Below are positions 30,593 to 45,363 of a stretch of DNA of 64,000 bases, piece after piece; the stretch's first letter is position 1, and every line of letters starts with the position of its first letter. Below the pieces are notes generated by a model. It made no database searches, was not told the DNA's origin, and was given only the letters and a program-made list of their open reading frames with translations. The stretch spans positions 6,264,001 through 6,328,000 of the forward strand of contig NW_024704742.1 of assembly GCF_018977255.1 (NCBI RefSeq). Direction: 5' to 3'. Made by a program: the position numbers and the translations under genes. The DNA comes from Callorhinchus milii (Eukaryota).

Positions 30593-31134
30593 TTATTCCA
30601 GATAAAGTTATCAAACCTACTTGGCAGCTGTAGAGTTAGCAGAATAAAGAGGGGAATTGGACAGGACTTGAAATTTGGAAGTCAGGAAATTTTCTTCGTA
30701 ATCTTTTGTTGTGTGTTAGTCGGATTGACATAGACAATCTAAAGTTACTAAACCAGTCTGTGGACAAAGCTAGGTCATTATCCACTTGGAAGAGCCAGCT
30801 TTTTTATGTGACCCTTATGTGGCTTTTCATACGAAAGACTATGAGTCTTTCCTTATCTTTATCGCGATGCTTTCCTTTTTATCTTGGGATGGGGATGGGG
30901 AGATTGCATCGTGTCTAACGGCAATATTTTTAGTCTGCTAACAGTCAGCTAATCCACGACTGGACTGGCAGAGAATGTGAGCACGGGAGCTTAAAAAGAC
31001 ATGAGTCACCATAGATACTGTCTGGCCTCTTGTGGTTGGGGTTTGTGTGTGGGCGTGTGTGTGTGTGTGTGTGGTGGGGGGGTGCTGTCTTTAGTCTAGG
31101 AGCCTCTGTCCCTGTGTGTGCGTGGGGAGAGGGC

Positions 31135-31390
31135 AGTATCCTGATTGTTAGTCGATTGGCGGATCGCTTTTCCGGGGGTAATAATCCCTTCAAACAAAAT
31201 ACTACTAACAATAACTTGGTCATTCCATCCATGACTGTTTGTGGGATACTGCTGTGCGCAATTGGCTGCCCACAAAATATACAGTCAATTCACTTCACAC
31301 TATATTATGTCAAGCGCTTTGGGATGTCGCGAAGACATGATGAAGTGCTGTATCAAATGCAAGGATTATTGTTATTATTATTTATTTATT
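31135..31390 (+). mobile_element. SINE family A, 5'-truncated
   Basis: Body and TTA tail match the family. Confidence 0.88.
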
Positions 31391-34300
31391 TATCATCCAC
31401 GATTACCTGCGTGCCTCCACCACACTTAGCTTCCAATGAGCAGGCTATGTGCCTGCTCTCCGCTGAATAGCTTTCCGAGAGCTTAGGCAGCATCAGCTTG
31501 GCTTAGAAGGTAGAACTCTTGTCTGTGGGCCACAAGGGAATGGATTGAAGCCCCAAGCCAGGACCTTGAGCTCATAGTTTAGGATGTTATTCCAGTTCAG
31601 AACTTCTTTGAAAAGAGAGGGAAATTTCCCAACTAACAATCCTCTAGATAAATCAATCATTCACCTTGTGACTTGTTTGTGGGACTTTGATGTGTGCAAA
31701 ATAGCTGTCATGGTCGACTACAAGAAAGTCACAACATGTGACAGTAAATTACTGTGAAATCGCTCGAGATGTTTCCATGTTACACACATGTAAAGATACA
31801 AGTGTTTAGAATGGGAAGCATGCTTTGGGCATTAGGCACCAAGTGTTTGGCAACAGTTCATAGCAGTTGATAAAACTTTTTGTGTGGACCCGAGGCAGCG
31901 GAAAAAAACCCATTTCAAACGGTCCCTATCTACCTGCTCCTCAAAGCACTTCAGCCAGAAGACAAAGCTCGGAAACAATTCCTCAATCAATGCAAAACAG
32001 AAAGCTGGCGAGACAATTTAAGTCATACCAAAAAGACTACTTGCGCGGAAATAGGATTAAACCCACGTACATAGTAAGTGCCAAATTATTTCTGGCTCAG
32101 ACACTTAAGAGATTACCAAGAAAGTATTAATATTGACAATGGTTGATATGTACTTTTGGGAAAAAAACATATAATCCTCTGGACAGTGAAACAGCAGTTC
32201 TGGATTGAACTGTAAGTGCTACACTGAATGACACATGGACAACATAAAGAGGTAATGACAATGATATAGAAGATACATGTGCAGTCGTGGTTCCAGAGAA
32301 AATTTCAGACAATAATTTGAATGATTTGGGGTGTAAACACACCACTCCATCTTCCATATTTAATTTGGATTTAAGCACTGCCCACTGTTTTGGATCAGTG
32401 ATGTGTGTGTGTGTGCGTGTGTGCGTGTGGTGGGGGGGTGTATTGAGGGTGCAATCCAGGTGATGATGGTCTGGTATGAGCTGTCAGTCATCAGAGAGGC
32501 TATGTTTTGGGTGATAATTGGTTGGTCTGATCTGTCACTCACTCGAATGACAGGCTCTGGAGTGGTAAGTCTTGGGAGGCTGTCACTCGGGCATCTGCCA
32601 GTCCATCCCTGATAACCTGGGCCAATAGAAAAGTGCGAACACAATTTTTCTGCGGAATTTGCTACGCACACACCTCTCCCCTACACCCCCCACCACCCAC
32701 CACACACATCCCCCTCCCCTACACACATATCTCTCCTCTACACCCCCACCTCCCCTACACACCGGCCCCCACATACACCCACCCCCTCTCCTACTCACAC
32801 ATCCCTCCCATATACACACCCTATGTCTGTGAGCATGTCTATCTGACTGTGATTGTGTGTGTGTGTGTATGTGTGTCTCTCTCTGTCTCTGAGGATGTGT
32901 GTCTGTGAATGTGTGTCTCTGAGCGTATCTCTCTCTCTGTGTCTGTGTGTGGAATAAAGCCCTGAGACGCAGGAGGTTGTGATCTCCTGGAGCACCGCAG
33001 TTGGGCTGGTGTTACACCTTCCCTACCCCAGTATTTGTTAAAGAAAGCATTAATAGTGTTCTTTTTTGCAACAATCAGATATGTGTTATTTCTTCTTGTT
33101 TAGTTTTTAATCAGTAAAGCGAACAAATGTAGATTGGCAGTAAAATCTACCTCGCAATAACACCAATCAACTCTCCACGATTCTCCGCAGCATGTGCCAA
33201 ATTTCCCCGCAATCTGGGGCAACTATTTCCGCAATTTTCTGTTGGCTCAGCTAACTCACCGATCACAGCGTTTTAAGTACAGCTTTGTGGGACACCCATT
33301 TAACCCAATCAGCATCCCATCCCACATTAAATACTGGCTCTGGGATTGTCAACACAAAGGAGGCATTGACATTCAAAAACAGTTCACAATTATTACCTGA
33401 GATTGCAATCAGATTTAACGTCACATTGAATCTGTTTTTGAAATGTCATATTTTTCACCCTGTTTCTTTATGGCCTTTGATGATATAAGAATGATTGGAT
33501 GCAGTTTTTCTCCCTCATTGAAGCACCTGGGTGCAGAATTTTTTGGACCGTGCAAAGCACAGCCAAGGAGAAGCCAGTCAGCCAGTATGTGACACTGGCT
33601 TTAACAGCGTTTTCTGAAACCTGGGGCAGTCGATGTAGTGTGTGTTTTACGTGCTACGTGTAACTGTATCCTGCCTTCGCAGCAGGGACTCTGTGTGGTT
33701 TGTGTGCCAAATGCAATGTTAAAACAGAGACTGAATCTACTCAATAATCACCAAAGGAAACAGGAGCCATGTGTAATTGGAGTGCCTTCAGGTTTGAGGG
33801 GACCGCAGGCAGAATGAGGAGAGTGTCCTGCTTGGAATCTGACTGCGAAGAAGGTAGAAAGTGAGGGATCTAGCAAGTCAAGTACTAGTAAAACTTTCTG
33901 TTTTATTAAATTCTCAAGGGGGATAACAAACCTCCCCCCAAACCCACAAAAAACTGTGAGCTTACTAACATTTTTACAGCGCTGATTTATTTATTATTGC
34001 TGGTGAGGGATGTAAGCCAACTTTTAAAACACAATTTGTCTTTTATTAGCAGCTGAAGAGAGCTGAGCGCAGACTTGGATGAAGCCTGACATCAGATATA
34101 TGGTCTCCAAGCAAAATTTCCACAGCACTGTGACAGAGCCAAGCCAAGTGTGTCAGATGAATACAATTGAGCCCGATTCTAATGAACTCACCCATCGCCA
34201 AGCGCTCAGTTATAGCAAAAGAAAATCCCACTGTCCCAATTCATTTATCATGTAACCCAATGTAAAATGCTCCCATAATAATTAAATTACTATCCACTTA

Positions 34301-34854
34301 GAACGAAAGTCTAAGCCCCTCCATACATTCAGTCTGGGAGCTCTTTGTTTATCTTGGAAAGCCACGTTAGTAGTTCTGGCCAGGTTCAAGTCTTATATTT
34401 CTGCATTGAATCTTTACCTTTCTTCTCTTCCCCCCCACCCCATCCCCAAGTTAATTTTCTTTGCTTTCTATTTGTTTTTAAAAAAGCAAGGGTTCCGAAA
34501 AAGTTTATTTTATCATTATCGAGTTGTTGGCATAATTCGCTCACTTGACTACCCTCAACCCATAATTCTTCTAATCCGCTTTTCTCTCTGTCTGCTTTGA
34601 GTAAAAGAGTCATCCTTTCTTTACAAGTACTGAGCCAGTTCTTCCTTTGCTGTCTATCCTGAAATTGGAGTTTGCCCAGGTTCTGGAGGGGGGGGGGCAG
34701 GAATTACGTTTAACACACAGTAAAAACAAGCTTTCAAAGTGGAGCTTTTCTCAATTATTCCCATTAGTTCATCATGTCCAGGTTAGATTACACCAACTCT
34801 GTACTCCAAGCTCTGACAGCTCGTCTCTTCCCACAAGCTGCAGACCGCTAGGAA

Positions 34855-35270
34855 ATCTGCTTCTCGTGTTCTACTCTGCAAGCCTTTCAACCCCATCGTC
34901 ACCCGAATCTACATGCTCTCCATCTCCCAGAGGATCGAGTTCAAGATCCTCATCCTAATTTTTAAATTCCTCCACAGTCTTGCCCCACCCTACCTCTGCA
35001 ACGTTCTTAAACCCTATCAACAACAACAACAACAAGATTACATTGGTGTAGTGCCTTTCACGTCGGGAGGACATCCCAAGGCATCTGTTCCCTTCACTTG
35101 GCAGGCACTGGCCTGCTTCGGTTTCCTTGCCCCACCAGCATGGGCTTCCAGCATATCTGTCCCCCACTCTCTGGAACTTCTTCCTGGAATCATTTCTCCT
35201 TGCCCCTTTCCTCATCTCCTTCAAGGTTCACCTGAAGTCCTTTCTCTTTGACCTTGATTTGGGCCATCTA
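34855..35270 (+). mobile_element. Old L2 fragment interrupted by a short antisense L2 tail (~35018-35085)
   Basis: ISQRIEFKILILIFKFLHSLAPPYLC; inserted CAACAA...GGGAGGACATCCCAAGGC. Confidence 0.75.
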
Positions 35271-35277
35271 CAGTGTA

Positions 35278-35633
35278 ATCCTGTAGTTTAGTGGTTAGAG
35301 CGCTTGACTCACAAGAAAGAGGACCTGGGTTTGATTCCCGGCAGGGCAAAACATTGGGCAAGTTTCCTTACTCCACACGCCTCTGTTTGTCCAGCAGTAA
35401 GTAGGAATCCAATTGTTAGGCGATTGGCAGATTGCTTTTCCGAGGGTAATAATTCCTTAAAAATAAATTTAAACAAAATTAATTTGGTCACTCAATCCAC
35501 GACTGTTTGTGGAAAACTGCTGTGTGCAATTGACTGCAGCGTTTCAACCACAAAATATGCACTTTACAGTATATTTTTGTGAAGCACTTTGAGAGTCTCG
35601 AAGACATGAGAATGTGCTATATCAAATGCAAGG

Positions 35634-35706
<73 letters not shown>
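35278..35706 (+). mobile_element. SINE family A, full length
   Basis: A/B boxes, body, long TTA tail. Confidence 0.92.
35634..35706. repeat. (TTA)~24 microsatellite, expanded SINE tail
   Basis: Directly visible at the 3' end of the SINE at 35278. Confidence 0.95.
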
Positions 35707-35707
<1 letters not shown>

Positions 35708-36579
35708 CATCTTGGCCTCCACCTCCCCACCCACTTGCCCCCATCCCTTGGGTGCCTTGAGACATCTTCCCAATGTGAAAAGTGCTAGATAAATGTTAAT
35801 TTGCAATTAGTAAATAGTTTCTCCGGAGAAAAAATTGGAAAAAAATCCCTTCTCTTTTTGCACACTGCCACAGGTCCTGTAACATTCATCTGAACAAACA
35901 GACGGGACCTCAGTTTAATGTTTCATTCAAAGGACAGCATCGTCGCCGTCCCCTTGCACAAGAGTGTCAGTCTGGACTGTGAGATCAAAGTCCCGACATG
36001 GGGCTTAAACACAGCAGAGAATGGCTACCAACTGAGCTAGGCGCACATTTGTGTGTTTTTTTTAGTATTTTTATAAGCAAGCATGAAGTCAGCTGGTGAC
36101 GGAAGGCTGCAAGGCCCGAAAGCAATACACTGTTAATCTCACTGTGATCTCAGTGTGATATTTCTTGACAGGATTCCATAGTGCACCATTCGAGTTCCCA
36201 TTGACTTACGGGAAATCCTCTCCAGGAGTAGACTGCCTCTTGTGGGTCGGTGGGGCAGGATGTACTTCCAGTTACCAGAGGACTCTCAATTTGTGTGATT
36301 CCCAATTCCTTATTAAGAAATCCCTTTAAGAGATGCTGCAAATTAGACCCCTGTATGTTGAAAGCATTCAGTGTCAAAGTGGTTTTCCTGTAGAGGTGAT
36401 ATGAGTGCTCAGAACTAGTTCCAGAAAGGATATGTGTATTAAAGGAACTTGGCTTTTCTCTTTAACATCTACCATGTGTGTTGCCCAGATAACTCTCAAA
36501 AAGAGATTATTTTCTCTGCAGCGACTAATTACTAATAACAAATTAACATATATACAGCACCTTTCACATTGGGATGATG

Positions 36580-36963
36580 TGGAGTGCTGTAACTTAGTGG
36601 TTAGAGCACTCGCCTTGTAAGTGAGAGGACCTGGGTTCGATTCCCGGGCAGGGTGAAACGTGGGGCAAGTTTCCTTATTCCACACGCTTCTGTTTACCTA
36701 GCAGTAAGTAGAAACCCGGTTGCTAGTCGATTGGCAGATCGCGTTCCCGGGGGTAATAATCCCTTCAAAGGAAGAAAAAGAAATAATAATAATAATTTGA
36801 TCACACAATCCACGACTGTTTGTGGGCAATCGGCTGCCTGATTTTGCCCAAACAATATACAGTCAATTCATTTTACGTTATATTCTGCGCAGCCCTTTGA
36901 GATATCTGGAAGATGTGATAAGGCACTATATCAAATGCAAGGATTATTATTTATTATTATTAT
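36580..36963 (+). mobile_element. SINE family A, full length
   Basis: A/B boxes, body, tail. Confidence 0.92.
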
Positions 36964-36977
36964 ATTCCTACCTAAAA

Positions 36978-37400
36978 TCAGCCTGGCTCAGTTGGTAGTG
37001 CTCTCGCATTTGAGACACAGTGTGTTGGTTCTAGAGTTATGTCAGGAATTTGAATTCATATTATCTATGCTGACACTTCAGTGCAGTATGTACTATATTA
37101 TTGGTGGTGCTATCCTTCAGATGCGATGTTAACCTGTTCAGGTGGATGTTAACGATCCCATGACTCTATTTAAAAAGAGAAGAGAGTTTCTCCCAATGTT
37201 CTGGCCAACAATTTTCCATATAAAAAATATTGGTCCATCACTTCATAGCTGTTTGTTCGGAAAGCTGTGCATACATTGGCTCTTGCGTTTGCCTATAAAA
37301 TACACAGTCGCTGGACTTTGCAGTATACCCAGTGAAGTGCTTTGAGACAACCTCCTGATGTGAAAGGTAAGTGTAATGTAAGGATTATTATTATTATTAT
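36978..37400 (+). mobile_element. Deu-domain SINE
   Basis: Same Deu core (CCTTCAGATG.GATGTTAA..TTCAGGTGGATGTTAA.GATCCCATG). Confidence 0.75.
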
Positions 37401-39069
37401 AAAGAGTCAGTGGATGGGGAAAAAGGCAGGATTATAGTGTTAAATCGATAGCTCTTTCAGATAGCCAGCACAGACACATTGGGCAAAATGTCTTCCTTCT
37501 ATGCTGTAGAAATCTATGATTCTATAATTGCATTGCTATTTCTCCACTGAATTTTCCAGTCTCGGCTGGGTGATTTTGGATCTTAGAGAAGGGAAGGTAG
37601 GAGGTGTCCCTTTACATAAGAACCAACTGTGCTAGTAGGTAGCTAACCATCGGTTATAGTTCCCTCTGAATTGAATTAAGTGCGGAGGAGGAGAGAAAAG
37701 AGGGAAGCGTTTGCAGAACTAAAGGTATTGAATAATATTCAGCCTGGAGTGTGCTGTAAAGGATGCTTTACACTGAGGGGCCTGAAACAATATCACAACT
37801 GGTACAAGGCATACTTGCTGCAATTTTTTTGTGTGGAGATTTTTTCGTGGTCTTCAAGATTTCTGGTAGACCTATGGTTTTGCCCACAAAATATACAGTC
37901 ACTACACTTTACAGTATATTCTGTGAAGTGCTTTGAGACATCTCAAAGACGTGATTAGGCTCTATATCAAATGCAAGGATTATTATTATTATTCTAGACG
38001 GGTGCTACATTCCTTCGGTCCTCATTCTGGGCATATCAGATTGGAAAACCACAGTGTCAGGATTCCATGTTTATAAATTCCTACATTTTGATGGTTTGTA
38101 CACCTCTCAACTGGACACACTGTACTGTACAATCCAAACAGCCCCAACAATGACTTGAGCCTTCGTCGCAATTCACAATCCATTATTTTAACTTGAATAA
38201 ATCACTTCCTTCGGGGACGTAAGATGGAACACACTTTCAACTTCCAAATTTGGTATAGTGCGGTCCCCAAGTAAAAGCCATTGGCTTGGCTCAGTTGGTA
38301 GCGCTCTCGCCTCTGCATCGGTAGTATGTTGGTTCGTGCTTCATGTCAAAACTTGAGCTCATAGTCTAGCCTGACACTTCATCACAGAACTCTGGACTCC
38401 CTACTTTGTTGAAAATCCATTTTTCAAATACAGTATAATCCAGGTCCCATCTGGCTGTTCAAGTAGACATTAAAGATCCCAAGACATTCTAAGCGAACAT
38501 AATTCCTTCTGGTATCCTGGCCAACATTCACTTCGTGGCGGTTTAAGGAAGCGTGCTGGCACACACGGCTGCTGAGCTTGCCTATAAAAACAGCGGCTAT
38601 ATTTGACAATAATTACCTGTGAAGTGCTTTGTGATGTTTCATCGCGATAACGTGCTATGAAAATACGCGTTTATTCCTTTGAAAGAAGAGCAGTGTGAGT
38701 TTAAAGATGGTCTCTTGTTGAATCTGGATCTGAATCTGGATGGGATCCAAACCACTGTTAGAACTAGTCCCTCTCCTCATCAGAGAACGAACCTGGCTCA
38801 ACTACAAATTTCCATTTCAGTACACGAGTTAAAGAAAAAGGGAACTTTTTGGAGGAGCCTGAAACTGAAAATCTTGTTTTTCGCTCACTTCCATTAAAAA
38901 CACCTAGAATTGGGCTCTGCAACGACTTTACGTTACTAATGAATATCCCTTCTGGAACCAGATGGTACATCATGTTGACTTCCCGCTGTAACAGCCATAT
39001 TTAAATGTTAATCTCGGTTACTCCAAGCAAAGCTCACAGACCGCCACATCTGGCTTTGCTGCAAGAGGT

Positions 39070-39355
39070 GGAGGGCTGTAGCTTAGTGGTGAGAGCACTC
39101 GCCTCGCTAGCAAGAGGACCCGTGTTCGATTCCCGGGCAGGGCGAAATGTTGGGCAAGTTTCCTTACTCCGCACGCCTCTGTTTACTTAGCAGTAAGTAG
39201 GTTGTTTGTAGGACACTGCTGTGTGCAATTGGCTGCTGAGTTTCGCCCACAAGGTATGCGGTCAATTCACTTTACAGTATATTCTGTGAAGTACTTTGAG
39301 ACGTCTCGAAGATGTGATAAGGCACTTTATCAAATGCTAGGATTATTGTTATTAT
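39070..39355 (+). mobile_element. SINE family A with a different internal deletion
   Basis: Head intact; jumps from GTAAGTAGG to TTGTTTGTAGGAC. Confidence 0.88.
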
Positions 39356-42049
39356 GAGGTAGGCTGCTTTGGAGAAAAAATTCCTTTTCGACCGTGCTTA
39401 CAGTTACCTTCCCCCGGCTCACGGTCAGTGTTAAGCGCTCTGAGACGCTACCCTCCATGGGGGGTGGGGTGGGGGGGCGGGTAGCTGCTATATAAGTGCA
39501 AGTTGTTCTTGTTGTTGATGAATCAGACAATACAGTTTACATTTCTATAGCTCCTTTCAAATTGGGAGGATGTCTCAAAGCACTTGACAATGCCGAAAGG
39601 CGTGGGGAGGGGAAAGATAACCGAAATCGTGGTCAAAGAGGTATGTTTCGTGGTTGTTGCCATTTGAGAGTCGCACAGGGTTAGGAGATTCCATCTCCTG
39701 CATGTCCAAGTGTGCACAAGAATGGCGTTCTGGAGAGTGGGGGGACAGAACGGCTGGAAGCTCACCCCACGATGGTGGGATGAACAGGACGTGACATTAA
39801 AAAAAAGAAACTACTGTTGTGGCGGTTTTAGAGCAGGAGCTGCATCATCAAAGGTTTCAGAAGGATCTGCAGCAGGAACAGCGACGATGGGCAGGAAAAG
39901 AGGAAAACTAATTAGCCAATTGCTAAGTTATGAAAGAAAAGCCGCAGCCCTTGTTTTGGGGAATTCACTCTGGAAAAACTCGAGACGGAGAGACCGTTGC
40001 AAATGGTAACTAACTCTGACATGAAATTTTCATTTCAACCTTTTTTGTATTTTTACTTCAACTGTAAAATCATCGACATTTAATCAGGGTCATCCCCATC
40101 GTGTAACACTCCATTATCAGGGTCAGACTATCCTTGAAATCCAAGGCCTCTATTTACATTTCTGTTGATGTTACATAATTAAGTATAATTTCTGTAATGG
40201 GTCTGAGGAACTATTGATTGCTTTCATATGCGTACGGTCCGACATTAAGTAATACATATTCAGGATTTTTTTTTAAAAAAGCAAACTTTTCAAAGAAAAT
40301 TAAAAGTAATAGCAGGAAGGAAAAATGCAGGAAATAAAATATATCGATGTTATCTGCATAAAATAAAAGGAATAATATCTTAGTAAATGATGAAATGTTA
40401 GATAATTAAAAGGCTTTGCCTTTGAAATTATTTTTTCATCGCTGTGTGAGACGTAACTTGTGCCCTGTGACCATGGAATGGGTGATATGGACTCTATCAA
40501 GCCCCCAGTGCTAAAAATAGCAATATTTTCATTAAGTCTCTATGATGGCAGATTTTGATAGGATCATGGTCACTTCAATGCACAGACTGTTTCACCAGCA
40601 AATCTTGAGGAATGAGCTGTCCGCAGCGATTAGATAAGCTAGACTCTTCAGCCTTGAAAACAGATATCTCTCGGAGGCGACCTTACTGAAGTATATACAA
40701 TTTTAAATGGGATTGAAAAAGAACAATACTTCAGATATGGCAAAGCAGCAGAATAGGGCACAGGTTTGGTGATGTAAGAAGCAATTTCAGGACAGTCAGT
40801 GGGGCAATTAATGACTGGAACAGGTAATCATGAAGGGTGGCTGAGGCCAGGGCAATGGACTGGTTTGAAATTGTAATGGGAGGGCAGTAGGATGGGTTCA
40901 ATGGCAGGATGGATGCGATCAACTGAGTCAAAGGGCTTTCTTCATTCAAACCTCGCTTTCAAAATTTCCACAGCCATAGGAGCAAACGCATCTTCACTCC
41001 TGTTCAGCGCCTTGGGACGTTCTCCCCACGTGAAAGGCGCTATACAAATGTGATTTTGCATTGTAATGTATTGATACAATGAAGTCAATTTAGTGATACA
41101 GTTAATATCTATTGCATCGAATGTTTTACATTTTATATTCACCCATCAAATGTTATCCTGGGTGCGTTGGAGAAGAAGCCCCATTTCTCTGCCCCCCACC
41201 CCCTTTCTCCCCCAAACGGTTCTCGATGGTGATGTCCATGGAACATTTGGGCTTGTGCAAGTCAGGCTTTGACTGCCGACTCGCAGGACTGACATCTAAG
41301 ACTTGTCAATGTCCTGCTATTCAGTGACTTAGCTTCACAATGCAAGGATTATTATTATTATTATTATTATTGTCATTGAGAGCAGCCCGAGGTGCATGGG
41401 TGCCATCATCTGCACGTCCAAGTACGCATAAATAGCAGATGTATTACAGTGCTCATTGTAAAATAATCTGATGATGAATTGTTTCTGACAGACTTAGCTA
41501 CATCTTGGATTCTGGTTGTAGATTAATTCCAACCTTTCCCCTTTTATATACGGTAGTTAATCATACTAAACACCACATTATCCCCCCCAGAATCTAACCT
41601 AGAAGTGAAGCAGCATCATATTAGGGAATCCTACGCGAACGCTAAAAATAAGGATTTCATTCCAACTGAAAAAACAAAATATACCTCTAACCCCGTGAAT
41701 CCGGCAATCATGGATGGTTTACATTGAAAATCCTTTCATAAAAACACAATAAAACAAATGTGGTAACAGAATAATCTCTGATTTAATGTACAAGATGATA
41801 TTTACAGCAAACCATATCGATATCCATTATTTTTCATACGTAATGAATGTATTTGCCACTAGAGAGCATTGTGACACTGCATGTCAGCGACCAGAAATCA
41901 AACCTCTGCAGTAAGTACACAGAGGCTCTCAATTCATGCTACTTCAGAATATTTAACCCTGTTTGCTTCAATAATAAAAATGCAAGTAATCTTTTATCTG
42001 GTTGTAAATATTAATATTGTGTAAAATGGAGGCTTCAGATGTCAGGGGG

Positions 42050-42341
42050 ATGTTGGGCAAGTTTCCTTACTCCACACGCCTCTGTTTACCTGCAGTAAGT
42101 AGGAACCCGGCTGTTAGTCGATTGGCGGATCGCTTTTCTGGGGGTAATAATTCCTTAAAAAAAAATAATAAATTGGTCACTCAATCCATGACTCTTTGTG
42201 GGACACTTCTGTGCGCAGTTGGCTGCCACATTTCGCCCACAAAATATAGTCAATTCACTTTACATTATATTATGTGAAGCGCTTTGAGACGTCTCGAAGA
42301 TGTGATAAGGCGCTTGATCAAATGCAAGAATTATTATTATT
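42050..42341 (+). mobile_element. SINE family A, 5'-truncated
   Basis: Body and tail match. Confidence 0.9.
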
Positions 42342-43299
42342 TGAATGGCTCAGCTGATTGCTCACAGTTTTTCCCATGTTAACAGAATTTATTATTGGCT
42401 GAATCATTATATCTGCACTTATTCCACTATTCAAGTGGACGTTAAAGATCTCATTACATAATTGGAACAGAGAAGGTGTCTAGGCCAACGTACTCTAGAT
42501 CCAAAATGATTTTGTAAGCTTGAATAGTGACTTTATCTATGGTGAGCAATAAGAATAGATATCAATGATATCAATTTTCGGCAATGGAAATTATAGCACA
42601 GGAGCAAGCTATTTAGCTCACTGACCTTAGATTATTGCTTAGATCCATCATTGTAGCTCACTACTATATATCAATTGCAACCCTTTGCTCTTTCACCGTA
42701 TCCTTTAGTCTTATTTAAAGAATAGAATTTACACATGTGGTCATATAGCCTTCAGACACCTCTTGTTCAGCTTCAAGGATAAAGAATAGTCACTTGGGTA
42801 AAGGACATGGGGGTCTCCAACACCTCTTGTTAGAATTAGACCACCCGTAGATGAGGGGGGGGAGCAGGGGAGAAGAGAGTATACAATATAGTTTACATTT
42901 ATCTAGCGCCTTTCACATTGGGATGATGTCTCAAAGTACCAAACACTCCTGGATTGGGCTCCCGAATGGGGGAAGGGGTAATGGTGGTTGAGGTAAGGGT
43001 GAGGGGGGGGGGGGGGGGGGCAGGGAAATGTCTGTAAGATGAAGGGTGTGAAGGGAGAAGGAAGTATATCTTGAGATGGACTTTGAATGAGATGAGGGAA
43101 GTCTTAAGTCAGAAGGATTCTGGGATAGAGTTCCAGAGAATGGAGGTTCCTATACAAAATTAAAAAAAAGTTTATTTGTTGACGACTGAGAAGTGATCTT
43201 GGACATAGCCAGTCGCTGGAGTGATCCACTGGATTCCCTTTATTTATACATTCTACAGGTTCTACCAAGGTCATATGGACTGATCTCCTCAAAGTGCTG

Positions 43300-43760
43300 A
43301 TTATACTGCCTGGCAGACGCAACCAGAATAGTTTTGAAACTTGCACCAAGCTCTGCAACCTGATCACCCCAAAACTCCACTGACTCCCTACTGCAGAATG
43401 AATCTACTTCAAGACCTCCATACTTACTTACAAATCAGTTCATGCCCATGCACTTCCCTATCTCTCTGACCTGCTTAAACCTCATTCCACTACCTGACCC
43501 TTCACTCAGCTGTTTCAGGCCTTCTACACCCTCATGCCCTGCACTCTACCATCGGTAGCTGTGGTTTTAGCCACTATGCCCCAACCCACACCCCCCACCC
43601 CCACCCGCCTCAATCCCTCTGTCTTGTCCCTCCTTACTGTTTTTGGATCCAATCTGAAGACTTTACTCTTTGACCGTGCCTCCGATCACCTCCCCCTCCT
43701 CCCGGTTCAGTGTCAACTCCACCACTGTTAAGCATTCTGAGGCTCACGTGAAGGACATTG
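43300..43760 (+). mobile_element. Degenerate L2 3' end (opposite-strand L2 remnant at ~42890-43150)
   Basis: QNSF..LH*LP..PYLSDLL..LKTLLFDRA remnants. Confidence 0.7.
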
Positions 43761-43979
43761 TATCGTTCTTAATGAAAACTGGTTTCAATAAAAGTTGTTA
43801 TTGAAAACTATCAATTATAAACAGGAAGACGTAGACCTATGCATTCTACAAGTCCACAAGACTTTCAACGCAATTGATCGGATCGCTGCTGCCTATTACC
43901 TTTCCAATAAGGAATCCATGGTTCCATGATCATTTTGTAAGTTCAGTGCGAAACTAGTTATCTGTCAATAACTGTGAAG

Positions 43980-44325
43980 ATCTGTAATGTAGTGGTTAGA
44001 GCACTCGCTTTACAAATGAGAGGATCTGGGTTAGATTCCCGGGCAGGGCAAACCCTTAGGCAGATTTATCTAGCAGTGAGTAGGTATCTGTTTCTTAGTC
44101 GATTGGCGGATCGCTTTCCGGGGGTAATAATCCCTTCGAAAGAAAAAAAATAGTAAAATAAATAATAATAATAATGTGGTCACTCAATCCACGACTGTTT
44201 GTGGGACACTGCTGTGCGCAATTGGCTGCCGATTTTCGTCCACAAAATATACAGTCAAATCACTTTACAGTATATTCTGTGAAGCGCTTTGAGACGTCTT
44301 GACGACATGTTAAGGTGCTGTATCA
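43980..44325 (+). mobile_element. SINE family A
   Basis: Head and body match; tail truncated. Confidence 0.88.
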
Positions 44326-44801
44326 GCTAAATCTGCAGGCTATTTTAGGATGGGTTTTAGATACGTGTAAAAAAATCTGCTTCGCTTACTAGTTATACCT
44401 AATGTGTCCAAACACATCCAGGCACAAATCAGGTCCCAATGAAGACATAGAGCTGCATTTGGGTACAGTAAAGATATACATTTCCCTGTCAGGCACTGCT
44501 GATAAAACTTCCAGTCAGATATGGGAGTTTGGCACTGTGTGGAATTATCATTTCGGAACTGGGCTGAGGAGTGAGGCAGGAGCCAGCAAGCAAGATAGAG
44601 ATAAAGCAAAACAACCTGATTTAGTGACGTGTTCCCACGTCTTAAATTGTTACCAAAGTACATCCGGTTTGGGAGAGTAGTTGTGGAATGCACATCTGGG
44701 CGGCAATTTTTTTTTAATGTTATTTTTAGCCTTTGTTAGAGAATTTAAGATTAAAAACTGCGCTGGTGTGATAGGGTAGTGTGTTTTGTGTGTTCTGATC
44801 T

Positions 44802-45160
44802 GGAGTCCTTTAGCTCATAGGTAGAGCACTCTCCTCGCAAGCAAGAGGACCTGGATTTGATTCCCGGCAGGGCGAAACTTTGGGCAAATTTCCTTACTCC
44901 ACACGCCCCTGTTTACCTAGCAGTAAGTAGGAACCTGGTCGTTTGTGGATTGGTGGATTGCTTTTCCGGGGATAATAATCCGTTCAAAAAATAAATAAAT
45001 AATAATAATAATTTAGTTATTTAATCCACAACTGTTTGTGGGGACGCTGCTGTGCACAATTGGCTGCCGCATTTTGCTCACAAAATATAGTCAATTCACT
45101 TCACAGTATATTCTGTGAAGCGCTTTGAGACATCTCCAAGACCTGATAAAGTGCTACATT
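44802..45160 (+). mobile_element. SINE family A
   Basis: GGAGTCCTTTAGCTC head and body. Confidence 0.9.
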
Positions 45161-45330
45161 ATTTAGACACAATGCTTGAAAGTAACTTCCTTAAAAATTC
45201 TCTTGCTTTTCTACATGTACAGCATATGCAGTATTAAGTGCTGGAAGCAACATAACTGTTCAAATTGACCCAAATTATCCTTAACTATATTGCAATATTC
45301 TGCCAAAAATTAGTTTTTCCATGAAATATC

Positions 45331-45335
<5 letters not shown>

Positions 45336-45361
<26 letters not shown>

Positions 45362-45363
45362 TC
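45336..45363. repeat. (CT)n microsatellite
   Basis: Directly visible. Confidence 0.9.

Noticed and set aside
35564..35806. Poly-Ile / poly-Tyr ORFs
   Set aside because: Translations of the (TTA)n SINE tail.
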